Part shown: positions 41,400 through 51,200 of the stretch, piece by piece
Layout of the letters: each line of letters opens with the position of its first letter
Numbering within the stretch: position 1 is the stretch's first letter
Assembly (NCBI GenBank): GCA_963794025.1
Contig: CAWCCK010000014.1
Coordinates: 10,162-74,161, forward strand
DNA: 64,000 bases
Direction: 5' to 3'
Source: Ignavibacteriota bacterium
GTDB lineage: Bacteria > Bacteroidota > Ignavibacteria > Palsa-1295
Program-made: the position numbers and the translations under genes
Notes under the pieces: generated by a model
The model's database searches: none
What the model was told of the DNA's origin: nothing
What the model saw: only the letters and a program-made list of their open reading frames with translations

Positions 41400-42311
41400 C
41401 TACGCTGTTACTACTTTGGGTTTCTCTACTCCGCTTACTTTTACATTGTTAAGAGTTCGAGAAATTAATCCCTGCAATACTTTACTCGGCCCGTACTCGA
41501 TAAATTCCGTTATTCCAAAATCATACATATTTTTTACCGATTCTTCCCACCGAACGGGCGTTGTAAGCTGCTGCACGAGCAAGGAACGAATTTCTTCGGG
41601 ATCGCCGACCGGCTCGCTTGTTACGTTTGTAAAAACAGGAATGGATGGTGCAGAAATCTTGGTGGATTCCAACGCTTCACGCAACCCATCTGCTGCATAT
41701 TGCATGAGTGGCGAATGAAACGCACCGGAAACGGGAAGTTCCTTAGCGATCCGAACACCCGATGCTTTCGCACGACGCATTACTTCCTGCACGCCAAAAT
41801 TCGATCCCGAAATAACAATTTGCCCCGGCGAATTAAAATTTGCGGGGCGCACAATGCTTCCCGTCTCTTTTTCGACCTCTTCGCACAGCGCAGTCAGCAC
41901 TTTAGCATCCATTCCGATAATCGCGGCCATCGTTCCAGAAGAACGCCTGCCTGCTTCGGCCATCAAAGTTCCGCGAAGATGAACAAGTTGAAGGGCATCT
42001 TTGAATTGCAACGAACCGGCAGATGTAAGCGCAGTATATTCTCCTAAAGAATGTCCCGCAACCGCTTGCGGCGCAGCATATTCATCGTCATTTTTCAGCG
42101 CGATCATGGAATGAAGAAAGATGGCGGGCTGCGTAAATTCCGTTTGACGCAAAACATCTTCCGGGCCTTCGAGCATCGTTTTCGAAAGATGAATATGCAG
42201 GAGATCGTCGGCTTCCTGCATCATCGCTTTCGCATTTGGGAATGCTTCCGCAAACTCCCGCGCCATGCCGGGATATTGCGAACCTTGCCCTGGAAATACG
42301 TGTGCGTTCAT
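41400..42311 (-). CDS. fabD: Malonyl-CoA:ACP transacylase
   Basis: FPGQGSQ, TQPAI, GHSLGEY, VSGAFHS. ATG at 42311. Confidence 0.97.
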   Translation of the reverse strand: MNAHVFPGQGSQYPGMAREFAEAFPNAKAMMQEADDLLHIHLSKTMLEGPEDVLRQTEFTQPAIFLHSMIALKNDDEYAAPQAVAGHSLGEYTALTSAGSLQFKDALQLVHLRGTLMAEAGRRSSGTMAAIIGMDAKVLTALCEEVEKETGSIVRPANFNSPGQIVISGSNFGVQEVMRRAKASGVRIAKELPVSGAFHSPLMQYAADGLREALESTKISAPSIPVFTNVTSEPVGDPEEIRSLLVQQLTTPVRWEESVKNMYDFGITEFIEYGPSKVLQGLISRTLNNVKVSGVEKPKVVTA

Positions 42312-42312
42312 C

Positions 42313-43324
42313 TTAATAAGCCCAGCGAACAAGAATGGAACCCCAAGTGTAACCCGCGCCAAAGCTCGAAAGCACGAGATGATCGCCTTTTTTTATTTTA
42401 CCGTCGGCCCACCATTCGCTCAGGCACATGGGGATGGTAGCATCGGTGGTGTTGCCGTAACGATCGATGTTTATCATGACTTTCTCTTTTTCGAGACCCA
42501 TGCGTTCACGAGCGGCATCCAAAATGCGAAGATTGGCTTGATGCGGCACCAGGAACGAAATATCTTTCGCCGTAAGCCCGTTGCGTTCCATGATATTTGC
42601 AGAAGATTCTGCCATATCGACAACCGCGCGCTTAAACACCGCCTTGCCATCCTGATAAATATAGTGCCAGCCGTTTCGCAACCGTTTCAGCCGTCGCGGG
42701 ATTCAAACTTCCGCCGCCTTTCATATACAAAAATTCCCGGCCTGTACCATCGACGCGAAGCGTGGAATCGAGAATGCCAACGTCATCCGCGACCGGTTCG
42801 ATAATGACTGCGCCGGCGGCATCGCCAAATAGAACGCAAGTATTCCGATCATTATAGTTCACGATGGAACTCATTTTATCGGCGCCGATAACAAGCACGC
42901 GGTCGTACCCACCGGATTCCACCATGCGGGAGGCCGTTTCCAATCCAAATAAAAATCCCGAACAGGCGGCATTAATATCGAACGCCCAGCAATTTTTCGC
43001 GCCGAGCTTATCTTGAATGATGCAGGCGGTTGGTGGGAATGGCATGTCGGGCGTAACGGTGCAACAAATGATAAGCTGAATATCATCTGGCTTCATACCG
43101 CGTCGTTCGAGCGCAATTTTTGCGGCATTCACGGCCATATCGCTCGTTCCGCCGGTGCGGAGAATACGGCGCTCGCGGATGCCGGTGCGCGTCATAATCC
43201 ATTCATCGCTCGTATCGAGATACGAAGCGAAATAATTGTTATCGAGCACATCCGGCGGCGCATAATGCGCAACGGCTGTGATCCCGGCATGACGAATTCC
43301 GCTTCGTTTGGTTTTAACTTCCAC
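42313..43324 (-). CDS. fabH: 3-oxoacyl-ACP synthase III; one extra A near 42674-42676 splits the ORF
   Basis: AACSGF and LFGDAAGA in the N-part; PHQAN, YGNT, FGAGYTWG in the C-part. Removing one base restores ETVA-NGWHYIYQDG. Confidence 0.93.
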
Positions 43325-43368
43325 TATCTAATAATAATACTCTTTTGAAACCTCTGTTTGGGTGAAGA

Positions 43369-43515
43369 TGTCATCCTGAGCGGAGTTTTTCTCGACGCGC
43401 ATCGTAGGCGATGCTGGGAGAGAAAAACGGAGTCGAAGGATCTCTGGTAGTGCATGAGATTCTTCGACTCCGCAACACTCCGCTATCGCGGAGTGTTGCT
43501 CCGCTCAGAATGACA
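43369..43515. repeat. REP-like composite palindrome (15913 family) with an extra inserted hairpin
   Basis: tgtcatcctgagcggagt...gcatcg tagg cgatgc...cgctcagaatgaca. Confidence 0.85.
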
Positions 43516-43526
43516 TTCTTAAATAA

Positions 43527-44573
43527 TCAGGATGAAGTTGTACTCGCTTTCACCGATTCCGTAATTTTTTCGACGACACGCTTGCGTACCATCTCTTCGG
43601 CTTTTAAGATCATGTTGCGGATGGCTTTCGGCGTGGAGCGGCCATGCCCGATGATCGTCACGCCCCGCACACCTAAGAGCGGCACGCCGCCATGCTCCTG
43701 ATAATCGAAATCCTTTAGCGATTCCCGTAAAACTGACGCGGTGATACCCGCTTTTATTTTATTCAAAATTCCGCGCTCCGAGTATTTCTTAATGCGCGCT
43801 CTAATTGCCGGAACCACGCTTTCTGCAAATTTCAGAATAACATTGCCTACGAAACCATCGCAAACAATAACATCGCAGGTTGATTTAAGCACATCGCGCC
43901 CCTCGACATTACCGATAAAATTTACGCCGGATTGCTCCAAAAGCGGCGTGGCCTCGAACACAAGCTCGTTGCCTTTCGAGCGTTCTTCGCCCACGCTCAT
44001 GAGTCCGACGGATGGACGAATGACGCCAAAAATTTGCTCGGCATAGATCGAACCCATGATCGCATACTCCCGCAAATGGATCGCTTTGGAATCGACGGTC
44101 GAGCCGACATCGAATACTAATGTAAACCCACCATCGGGACGCGGGAATTGCGAACCGATCGTTGGGCGGCTTACGCCGGGGATTCTACCTAAGAGCAGGG
44201 TCGCTCCGCTCATCACCGCGCCGGTATTTCCGGCACTCACAAATGCGGATGCCGCGCCATCGCGTACCAAGTCAAAACCTTTTACGATAGATGAGTCCTT
44301 TTTCTGGCGCAAACCGGCAACCGGCTCATCCTCCATCCCTATTACTTGTGAGGCTTGCGCTATTTCTATTAAAGGATTGCTTGAAGCGTTGAGACGCTCT
44401 AATTCTTTCACAATTTCCTCGCGATTTCCAACCAGAACTACGCGAAAACGGCCATTCGATAACCTGATGGCTTCGAGCGCTCCCTCGACCTCATTTCGCG
44501 GCGAGAAATCTCCGCCCATTGCATCGAGCACGATGCTGATTATGGCTGAATCCGGCGATACGGGAGGAGTCAA
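43527..44573 (-). CDS. plsX: Phosphate acyltransferase
   Basis: DAMGGDF, SAGNTGA, FIGNVEGRD, CDGFVGNV, IIGHGRS. Confidence 0.97.
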   Translation of the reverse strand: MTPPVSPDSAIISIVLDAMGGDFSPRNEVEGALEAIRLSNGRFRVVLVGNREEIVKELERLNASSNPLIEIAQASQVIGMEDEPVAGLRQKKDSSIVKGFDLVRDGAASAFVSAGNTGAVMSGATLLLGRIPGVSRPTIGSQFPRPDGGFTLVFDVGSTVDSKAIHLREYAIMGSIYAEQIFGVIRPSVGLMSVGEERSKGNELVFEATPLLEQSGVNFIGNVEGRDVLKSTCDVIVCDGFVGNVILKFAESVVPAIRARIKKYSERGILNKIKAGITASVLRESLKDFDYQEHGGVPLLGVRGVTIIGHGRSTPKAIRNMILKAEEMVRKRVVEKITESVKASTTSS

Positions 44574-44589
44574 TTCAATATAGACTATG

Positions 44590-44622
44590 CGGGCGATACG
44601 CTTCGGAAAAAGCTATCGCCCG
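44590..44622. other. Intergenic hairpin between rpmF and plsX
   Basis: cgggcgata...tatcgcccg stem. Confidence 0.5.
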
Positions 44623-44654
44623 GAATGTCGAAATGTGACGAAAAACAACCGAGA

Positions 44655-44840
44655 TTATGCTTCGGCCTTCGGCTGCATGATGGAGCGGCCTTTGTAAAAG
44701 CCACAGCTCGCGCAGGCGGTATGAAGCAGCTTCGGGGAGCCGCAATTCGGGCAGGTGCCGAATGACGGCTTTTCCAGCTTGTAATGAGTGCGGCGCTTAT
44801 CGCGGCGCGTTCGAGAATTTCTATGTGTTGGATTTGGCAT
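44655..44840 (-). CDS. rpmF: 50S ribosomal protein L32 (Zn-ribbon type)
   Basis: MPNP..SRTRRDKRRTH, CPNCG..HTACASCGFY. Confidence 0.97.
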   Translation of the reverse strand: MPNPTHRNSRTRRDKRRTHYKLEKPSFGTCPNCGSPKLLHTACASCGFYKGRSIMQPKAEA

Positions 44841-44866
44841 TAGTAGCTCCTAAGCTTTCTTTAAAA

Positions 44867-45400
44867 TTAGTGCTTATTTTCTTCGGCCCGCAAACGCTCC
44901 TGAAGCCGGTTCAGTGCCGACCATGTTTCCGATGGCTCCGATTCTTCCTGATGGACGTGCGGCTCGCGGTTCAAATTCTTCCCACAGACGGCGCAAATTC
45001 CCTTGCAATCCGGTCGGCATAAATGCACCATTGGGATGGCAAGAATAAGCGCATCGCGCACGTCCGGCAGAATGTCTATATCCGATGCAGAAAGCGGATC
45101 ATAGACATGCACATCCGGGTCGCCATCGTTTGGCTCTAAGTGCGGCGGCACAAAATGGAGCGCAAGCGGGGCGGTGACCGTATCGTGAAATGTATCGGCG
45201 CAACGGGTGCATTCGAATTCGCCTTCGGCAGATGCGCTTGCAAGAAGATCGAGACGGTCGCCTTCACGCTTTAGAATTCCAATAACCGTTGCCTTACCTG
45301 CAAAAGCAGGATAGTCCAGCAAGCTCGCGTCAAATTCCAGTGAAACCGGATTTTCTCCTTGAGCGAGTCCGCGTACCTTAATCGTTATGGCGTGTAGCAA
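44867..45400 (-). CDS. yceD: YceD/DUF177 family protein
   Basis: ECTRC, LAIPMVHLCRPDCKGICAVCGKNLN; canonical position before rpmF. TTG at 45400 chosen because the longer start runs through a terminator-like hairpin. Confidence 0.88.
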   Translation of the reverse strand: MLHAITIKVRGLAQGENPVSLEFDASLLDYPAFAGKATVIGILKREGDRLDLLASASAEGEFECTRCADTFHDTVTAPLALHFVPPHLEPNDGDPDVHVYDPLSASDIDILPDVRDALILAIPMVHLCRPDCKGICAVCGKNLNREPHVHQEESEPSETWSALNRLQERLRAEENKH

Positions 45401-45411
45401 ATGATTATTCT

Positions 45412-45447
45412 TCAAAAAATAAGGCCCTCCTGAATCGGAGGGCCTTA
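45412..45447 (-). terminator. Intrinsic terminator-like hairpin after the sigma/anti-sigma pair
   Basis: taaggccctcc gattca ggagggcctta followed by tttttt on the minus strand. Confidence 0.65.
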
Positions 45448-45509
45448 AACAGACAAGCAAAAGAGGGAGTGCCTGAACTTCTACATAGCAAAAATTAGAT
45501 CATAGCGGC

Positions 45510-46955
45510 TTAGAAATGCCAGCCTAATTCCAAAGCCGGGCCGACGAATCCAGCAGTTTCGCTTTTAAGCGCCGATGAGGAAAGCGGCAAGGTATGCTGC
45601 TGGTAACCATTCTCCACTTCAGCAATAGCGCCATCGAGACGATGTGCATAAAGCAAGCCTTCAAATCCGGCAGAGACCTCGAGCATCTGCCAGGGTTCGA
45701 AATGGGCCATCAAGCTCGCACGTCCATAGACGGGAGAATATTCGGAAGAACCGTTTCCGGACCATAAGAACCCAACTAATGCATCAACCGGAATTCCGAT
45801 CGGGTCGAGCGTAACGCCCGTCTCTAATCCGATGACCGTCGTATTCGTTGGCGATGAGGACTCCGGTGTAATAATTTGACCGGTGGATGGCCCCGATGTC
45901 GCCACTTGCGCAACACGTTCATAAGAACTCAAGTACCCAATGGAAGCGCGCCATAAAACATAGTTCCATGTCGTCATACCAAAGCGGAATTCGTTCAAAG
46001 AACTCACGGGCGCATTCGTGTTCTGCGGCGATTCGCCAGCGCCATAGCGCATACTTATCGTTCCACGCTCATCGGCAAGCGGCGTTGGAATAGCGCTCGG
46101 CACGATCGGCGGCGGGCCGTTCAGGAGGCGCATCGCGTCGGTTGTCATGCTATAGGTTTGCTGCTTCGGCGCAGTGTAACCAATGGGAGCGGCGTTGTCA
46201 TTATCGCTGCTGCTTGCAGAGGGAATTAAATTGCTATTATCCGAAATTCCCGAATTCTGTGTGGGGCCTATGTGACTCATAAGTCCGATGGGCAAGCTGC
46301 CAACGACGCTGGCATTGCTCACGTGATAATTGTTTGCTGCGAATGAATTAGCATGTGTGCTTTTTACAATTCCGCTGGAAGCATTCCCAGAAACGGGCGT
46401 TGCTTCCGTAGCATTATTTTGCAGAGCGGCATATTGCGAGGCCAGACCCGGAGAAACATGATGCATTGATGAATGCTGAAGCGCAGCCAATTCCTGCGAG
46501 TGGGTTCGGAGGCCAAGCTCGGAACCAAACACATAATATGCGCCCGCGCCAAGTACGAAGGACATCACGGAAGCTGTAAGCAGCCCGATCATGCCAAACC
46601 GCCAGCCGGAGCTAATTGCCGTTGCAACAGTTCCTGCGCCGAGGGCCGTTGCGGCGCCCGCATAGCGCATGGAAGCGGCTTCCGGCGCGCGCAGTAAGAT
46701 CGATTCCGGCGTGATGGGAGGCGTAAAGCCCGCTTCTTCTAACCGATTGAACAGCTGTGTCGTCACGCTTTCGGGAACCGAAAAACGGTCCTGCCGCGCG
46801 ATGGTGCTCGTAAGCTCGCGGAGCTTCATGTGCTCGCGCATCAACTGCCGACGCTCCGGTGAAACGGCGAGCGTATGCAGAAGCTCTTCCTCGTCCAGCG
46901 TGGCAAGCCGCCCGTCGAGAAAATCGAGAATTCGGTCTTCGCTTAAATTAATCAT
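45510..46955 (-). CDS. Putative dual-membrane-spanning anti-sigma factor (anti-sigma domain, TM helix, disordered linker, C-terminal beta-barrel)
   Basis: ILDFLDGRL..EEELLHTL anti-sigma-like N-terminus; TM GMIGLLTASVMSFVLGAGAYYVF; S/N/A/P-rich linker; about 8 amphipathic strands ending ALELGWHF. Lies directly downstream of an ECF sigma. Confidence 0.72.
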   Translation of the reverse strand: MINLSEDRILDFLDGRLATLDEEELLHTLAVSPERRQLMREHMKLRELTSTIARQDRFSVPESVTTQLFNRLEEAGFTPPITPESILLRAPEAASMRYAGAATALGAGTVATAISSGWRFGMIGLLTASVMSFVLGAGAYYVFGSELGLRTHSQELAALQHSSMHHVSPGLASQYAALQNNATEATPVSGNASSGIVKSTHANSFAANNYHVSNASVVGSLPIGLMSHIGPTQNSGISDNSNLIPSASSSDNDNAAPIGYTAPKQQTYSMTTDAMRLLNGPPPIVPSAIPTPLADERGTISMRYGAGESPQNTNAPVSSLNEFRFGMTTWNYVLWRASIGYLSSYERVAQVATSGPSTGQIITPESSSPTNTTVIGLETGVTLDPIGIPVDALVGFLWSGNGSSEYSPVYGRASLMAHFEPWQMLEVSAGFEGLLYAHRLDGAIAEVENGYQQHTLPLSSSALKSETAGFVGPALELGWHF

Positions 46956-47054
46956 AACATCTCCTTAACGCTGATGCAGTTGGAAGAACGAACGGGAACG
47001 GTTGGCGACGAGATCGCCCCCATTCGTAATTCGTTATTCGTCATTCTTAATTGA

Positions 47055-47720
47055 TTACGCTGCATCTGCTATTCCTGAAATATCGAAATCGCGAGCGAGG
47101 TCCTCGCGAATGACCCTTCTGGCACGGAAAAGCCGTACCTTTACATTTTGTTTGCTGACTCCAAGCGTTTCCGCTATTTGATCGAGTCCCAAAGCATTAA
47201 ACTCCGAAAGAATAAAAACTTCACGCAGTAAGATCGGGAGATTCTCGACCGATTTCATCACATGCGCCATGATCGCCTCGGAATTCGGCTGATCGAACGC
47301 TTCCTGCACTGCCGGTGTGGTGAACCCTTCGATGAGATCCGTATCCACGTTCAGATCTTCGATAGAAATTGCTGGCTTTCTGCGAAGCTGGCTGACGGCC
47401 ATATTGTGCGCCAACCGGAAGATCCATGCTGAAACAGCGCCCGGAGCTGACGCCTCAAATGAATCCCTGCTTTTGAAAAGCTGAAGCCACGCATCCTGGA
47501 AAATATCATCGAGATGTTGGCGAGAGCCGGACATCAATAGTTTGAGGTAACTATAGACGCGATCCGAATATCGGCCATACAGCATCGTGAACGCTGCGTC
47601 CTCCCTATTTTGGAACGCGCGCCACAAATCCTCGTCCGTAATGCCATCGATAGCCACGGGCGCGGTGTATGTTTCAGCTTTCGGCTTAAACCTAATGTTC
47701 ATCGGATTCTGCCATTTCAC
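47055..47720 (-). CDS. ECF RNA polymerase sigma factor
   Basis: Region 2 DDIFQDAW..AWIFRLAHN; region 4 LREVFIL..IAETLGVSKQNVKVRLFRAR. Confidence 0.95.
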   Translation of the reverse strand: MKWQNPMNIRFKPKAETYTAPVAIDGITDEDLWRAFQNREDAAFTMLYGRYSDRVYSYLKLLMSGSRQHLDDIFQDAWLQLFKSRDSFEASAPGAVSAWIFRLAHNMAVSQLRRKPAISIEDLNVDTDLIEGFTTPAVQEAFDQPNSEAIMAHVMKSVENLPILLREVFILSEFNALGLDQIAETLGVSKQNVKVRLFRARRVIREDLARDFDISGIADAA

Positions 47721-47745
47721 GAATGATATAACATCCGCTATTAGT

Positions 47746-47773
47746 AAAACGCTCTACCCCCCCTCCGGTTACA
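47746..47773 (-). promoter_or_regulatory. Putative autoregulatory ECF promoter TGTAAC-N16-CGTTTT
   Basis: Minus strand reads tGTAAC cggagggggggtagag CGTttt, canonical AAC/CGT ECF elements just upstream of the sigma gene. Confidence 0.65.
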
Positions 47774-47821
47774 AAAAAAAAGTGAAGAATTAATCTAAAT
47801 CGTACTTTTCATGAAAGTCTT

Positions 47822-47859
47822 AAAGAAAACCCCCTTATTCCATTGAGGTTAAGGGGGTT
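47822..47859 (-). terminator. Intrinsic terminator after the T9SS gene
   Basis: aaccccctta...taagggggtt followed by ttcttt. Confidence 0.65.
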
Positions 47860-47891
47860 GTCAACGCACTCAATAATTAATTCAAAACCGA

Positions 47892-49652
47892 TCATCTCAA
47901 AAACATGAGCTGTTTCGATGAGGTCGCGGATAGCCCGCCGGAACCAACTTCGGTTACACGCACAATGTATGCGCCATCCGCAACGAATGCGCCGGCTGAC
48001 GTTTCGCCATTCCATACGAACGTACTGCTCGCCTGCCTGCTCATAATTAGATTCCCAAGCACATCGTAAATCTGGACGGTCGAGGAAATACCCGTGGGAA
48101 CTGAGATGGTTACGTTCCCGCGCGCCGGGTTCGGCATGAGCGAGAAATCGAGCGTTGGCATCGCACTCGTGCCGACGGCATCGGTTCCCGGCGGTACGCG
48201 ATGCACCACGACATGATAGGAATAGCTCTCGAGCGAACTGATCTGCAATTTGTGAGACGTGCTCGGAACGATATACGTCAGATTCAGGGCAATATCATAC
48301 GTGCCCGTATCCGGAGCGTCGAGCGTCAGGTATTGATTATTCCAGGTATCCGAATCGCCGGCGGGGATCGAGTCATTCAGGGTAATGGATTCATTCCCAA
48401 CTACGTTGAAGTACGCTTCGCCGGTCGTATCTTGGATCTGAAGCACTTCTGGCTCGATAACGACATCCGTATCATTTTTGATAAGTATCTTATAGCGCGA
48501 GAGCGGCTGATACGTCGAAATGCTGAACGTGCTTGCTCCGCCCGGAGGCGCAAGGAGCGTGATCGTACCTTGTACCGGAACGGTCGCTTGGCCGGAGAGC
48601 GACCCCGACATGCTGGAGCAAGCAATTCCTGCGTTGCTGGTTCCAGAGGCGAAGATCATAATGCTGACGGAGTAGGACTGACCATCCGCCGCAGTGCTCG
48701 GCACGAAGAACGATGCACGGAACGTTCCGCTCGCTCCCGGTTGCAACGTGATCGGGAACTGTGTGCTCGCGATCTGGAACTGGCCGACGTCACCGCCTTC
48801 GATCACGATCGAATCGATGATAGCCACGCTATCCGTTGTGTTCGTAACGCTGACTCCCGCGCTGCCGGTGTCGCCATCGGAAATCGAACCGAAATAATTA
48901 TTCGAAAGCGTGATGCAACTACTATCGAGCGGCACCGAATAACCCATGATGGAGTAAAGAGCGGAATCTACACCGCTGAAACCGGCCGTATCGAACGAAT
49001 ACACGGCATGGATCGCCCCTCCGGCTCCCGTCGAATCCGAGCCGGTGCCGGACGCGGTAACGCAGGCTTCGAACGATACGCTCGATTCCTCGCCAAGCGT
49101 GAACGGCAGCGATGGCTCACCCGTGATCTCGCCCGTGCAGCCCGTCATATCAACCGAAAGGCTGGTGATCGTTACTCCGAACGTATTCGGATTATGGAGC
49201 GTCACGCTATCGCATACCTGCACGCCCGGATAAAGCGTTCCCAAATCCTGCGATCCTGAAAACGACAGATTTTGGTGATCGATCGGCGAACCGATCAGCA
49301 CGATATTTACCTCATTGCTATTGCCCTGCACATGAAGCACAGCCACAGCGCCTGTCAGGCTCGATGGCGTGTAAGTCACGTTCACGAACGTTTGAAACTG
49401 AAAGCTGAGGATGGTATCCGAGATCGTGAAATCGCCGCTGCCGGTGATCCAGGCTTCCGCCGTCACCTGCAAGCCGGACGTCGAATCCGCGTCCATAATA
49501 TAGGTTCCACCGTTGGAACTTACACCGACTGGACTCGAAAACCGCAGCGTATCCTGCTGCGCCACCAGATCCGATGCGTAGGACCTGGCCGAAAGAACCG
49601 TCAATGCTGCGAACGCGAAGGCTCGAAGCATGTTTTTATCAAATGGTCTCAT
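47892..49652 (-). CDS. T9SS-secreted Ig-like repeat protein
   Basis: Signal peptide; S/T/G-rich beta domains; CTD PNPARGNV..IYDVLGN..WNGET..DGAYIVRV. Confidence 0.85.
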   Translation of the reverse strand: MRPFDKNMLRAFAFAALTVLSARSYASDLVAQQDTLRFSSPVGVSSNGGTYIMDADSTSGLQVTAEAWITGSGDFTISDTILSFQFQTFVNVTYTPSSLTGAVAVLHVQGNSNEVNIVLIGSPIDHQNLSFSGSQDLGTLYPGVQVCDSVTLHNPNTFGVTITSLSVDMTGCTGEITGEPSLPFTLGEESSVSFEACVTASGTGSDSTGAGGAIHAVYSFDTAGFSGVDSALYSIMGYSVPLDSSCITLSNNYFGSISDGDTGSAGVSVTNTTDSVAIIDSIVIEGGDVGQFQIASTQFPITLQPGASGTFRASFFVPSTAADGQSYSVSIMIFASGTSNAGIACSSMSGSLSGQATVPVQGTITLLAPPGGASTFSISTYQPLSRYKILIKNDTDVVIEPEVLQIQDTTGEAYFNVVGNESITLNDSIPAGDSDTWNNQYLTLDAPDTGTYDIALNLTYIVPSTSHKLQISSLESYSYHVVVHRVPPGTDAVGTSAMPTLDFSLMPNPARGNVTISVPTGISSTVQIYDVLGNLIMSRQASSTFVWNGETSAGAFVADGAYIVRVTEVGSGGLSATSSKQLMFLR

Positions 49653-49714
49653 AGTTGTATTTTGTTAAGAATGAATAACGAATGTTTGGGAATTATGTAA
49701 CCTCTCATACTGGC

Positions 49715-49742
49715 AAAACACACCGCGAACCCGTTCGTTACC
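49715..49742 (-). promoter_or_regulatory. Putative ECF promoter GGTAAC-N16-TGTTTT
   Basis: Same spacing as 47746..47773, upstream of the ATG at 49652. Confidence 0.35.
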
Positions 49743-49871
49743 AACCTTGACTACTCAATTTATACTCAGATTCTCAGAGAAAAGCATGGGTTTCCGGGGA
49801 AATTAGGAATGATGAATTAGGAATGATGAATGGAATTCCTTCCCCTAACCCTATTAAAAATTGTCTATCAT

Positions 49872-49996
49872 CCCTTCGACAAGCTCAGGGCAGGCTCTGA
49901 GCAGAGTAGCGGCGCGGTTCCCGCGCCATCCCCGGTCGTTATAGAGATACCTTTTTCGTTTCATCGAAATGGTAGGCTGGGGAACCCAGCCACTAC
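49872..49996. repeat. Repeat cluster: CCCTTCGACAAGCTCAGG motif plus GTAG-type REP doublet (49906..49996)
   Basis: gtagcggcgcggttcccgcgcc and the inverted ggctggggaacccagccactac. Confidence 0.6.
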
Positions 49997-50108
49997 AATG
50001 ATTAGGATCAAACTGACCCCGCAACCCTGATTTATTGTATTGCGTATTTTTTCGTTGTATATTGTACTACAAATGATAGGCACCATTTGGAGAAAAGATG
50101 AATCAACC

Positions 50109-50194
50109 GTAGGGACGTGCTGCGCACGTCCTGCCGTGTGGAACCGTAACGTGTTCTGGCACACCACCCCCGGACGTGCGCAGCACGTCCCTAC
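50109..50194. repeat. Perfect GTAG-family REP doublet (REPIN)
   Basis: 23-bp gtagggacgtgctgcgcacgtcc and its exact reverse complement at 50172-50194. Confidence 0.9.
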
Positions 50195-50332
50195 GCTAAA
50201 TCCGATGCCGGGAACCGAACGAGCGCGGTTCCCGGATCTGACGCTAGGATGCTCCACGTTCAAGCGCGCGGCTGCGGAGGACATTGGGGCGGAACAACAG
50301 AAATTATTATAAATCCATAGGAGCGTTATAAT

Positions 50333-50836
50333 ATGAACTGGCAAGCTATTGAAGCAATTGGAACGTGGGTCGTTGCAGCTATTGCAATATTACTTGCTTT
50401 GCGAACAGACTCAAAATTGCAAAGACAAAAATTATCAGAGAAGTGGTGTCGAATATCACTATCTCTTGAAGAAATGAAATTGCACTTAAGCCTTGCGGCA
50501 AACGTGGAGGGTATGTTAGAAAAACTGTGGACTTCAGGTAATCAGAATGATCCTAATGAAGGAAGATGGATAAAAATGGTTGAATCTTCACTCCACATGG
50601 CGCGAGAAAGTCGAACCCAAATCATCAACGCTCTCATTGGAGAGAAGAAAATTTCGTTCGACGAAAAAAGCAAAATAATCAGCGCTATCAGTTTAGATTA
50701 TGTTCCATCATCCCAATCAGCAGATCACGCGACTCATTCAAAAATTATCGAAGAACTGAATCTTAGATTTGTTTTGCCAAAGGCAGATACTGAGCTTTAT
50801 AAAATTGTGTCGTCCCTCCGGGACTCTGGCTCTTAA
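50333..50836 (+). CDS. AT-rich hypothetical protein with N-terminal TM helix
   Basis: MNWQAIEAIGTWVVAAIAILLAL followed by a helical domain. No family recognised. Confidence 0.65.
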   Translation: MNWQAIEAIGTWVVAAIAILLALRTDSKLQRQKLSEKWCRISLSLEEMKLHLSLAANVEGMLEKLWTSGNQNDPNEGRWIKMVESSLHMARESRTQIINALIGEKKISFDEKSKIISAISLDYVPSSQSADHATHSKIIEELNLRFVLPKADTELYKIVSSLRDSGS

Positions 50837-51200
50837 AAAATCCGCAAACCCCGCGCTTACGCACGGGGCTACAAATATGCCGCCGCTCTGCGGCTGAGAA
50901 AGTAGTCGCGGAACGACGGAGTACTCGCAGCCCAGCATGGAGCAAGCATCGCCCACGATGCGAAGCGCCCGCCGCGGCGGGTGGGTTAGCGTTCGTTTTC
51001 GGTTCCCATAGTCCGTACACGCCGTAGGCGTGGCCCGTTTGTAGAAATCGTTATCGAAGAAAGTCCCAAGCTCCGTGAGGAGCGACGTACTGGCCGCTCC
51101 TAACGGAGCTTGTTCGATCTAAAAAATAATCCTTTTCTACAAACGGGCCATCCCTAACGGGACTTGGGGAGTCGGGCTGGCTCCATCGCCCACGATGGAA
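50808..51200. repeat. Cluster of further palindromic repeat families
   Basis: gtcgtccctccgggact..gggctacaaatatgccgccgct; ggcccgtttgtagaaa/tttctacaaacgggcc arms around agctccgt..ggagcg/cgctcc..acggagct; direct repeat catcgcccacgatg at 50947 and 51184. Confidence 0.7.

Noticed and set aside
37943..43324. Programmed frameshifting or true pseudogenes in fabF and fabH
   Set aside because: The genes are normally essential and otherwise intact, there is no shared slippery or stimulatory signal, and single extra bases in short runs are typical long-read errors.
48201..49259. 352-aa plus-strand ORF
   Set aside because: Antisense shadow of the T9SS gene, Arg-rich and without motifs. The same applies to most short overlapping ORFs in the track.
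49830..50344. Small ORFs at 49830, 49961 and 50040 (also 6859..7131 and 43411..43701)
   Set aside because: They are translations of REP palindromes (VGTCCARP, PFDKLRAG, LRMT).
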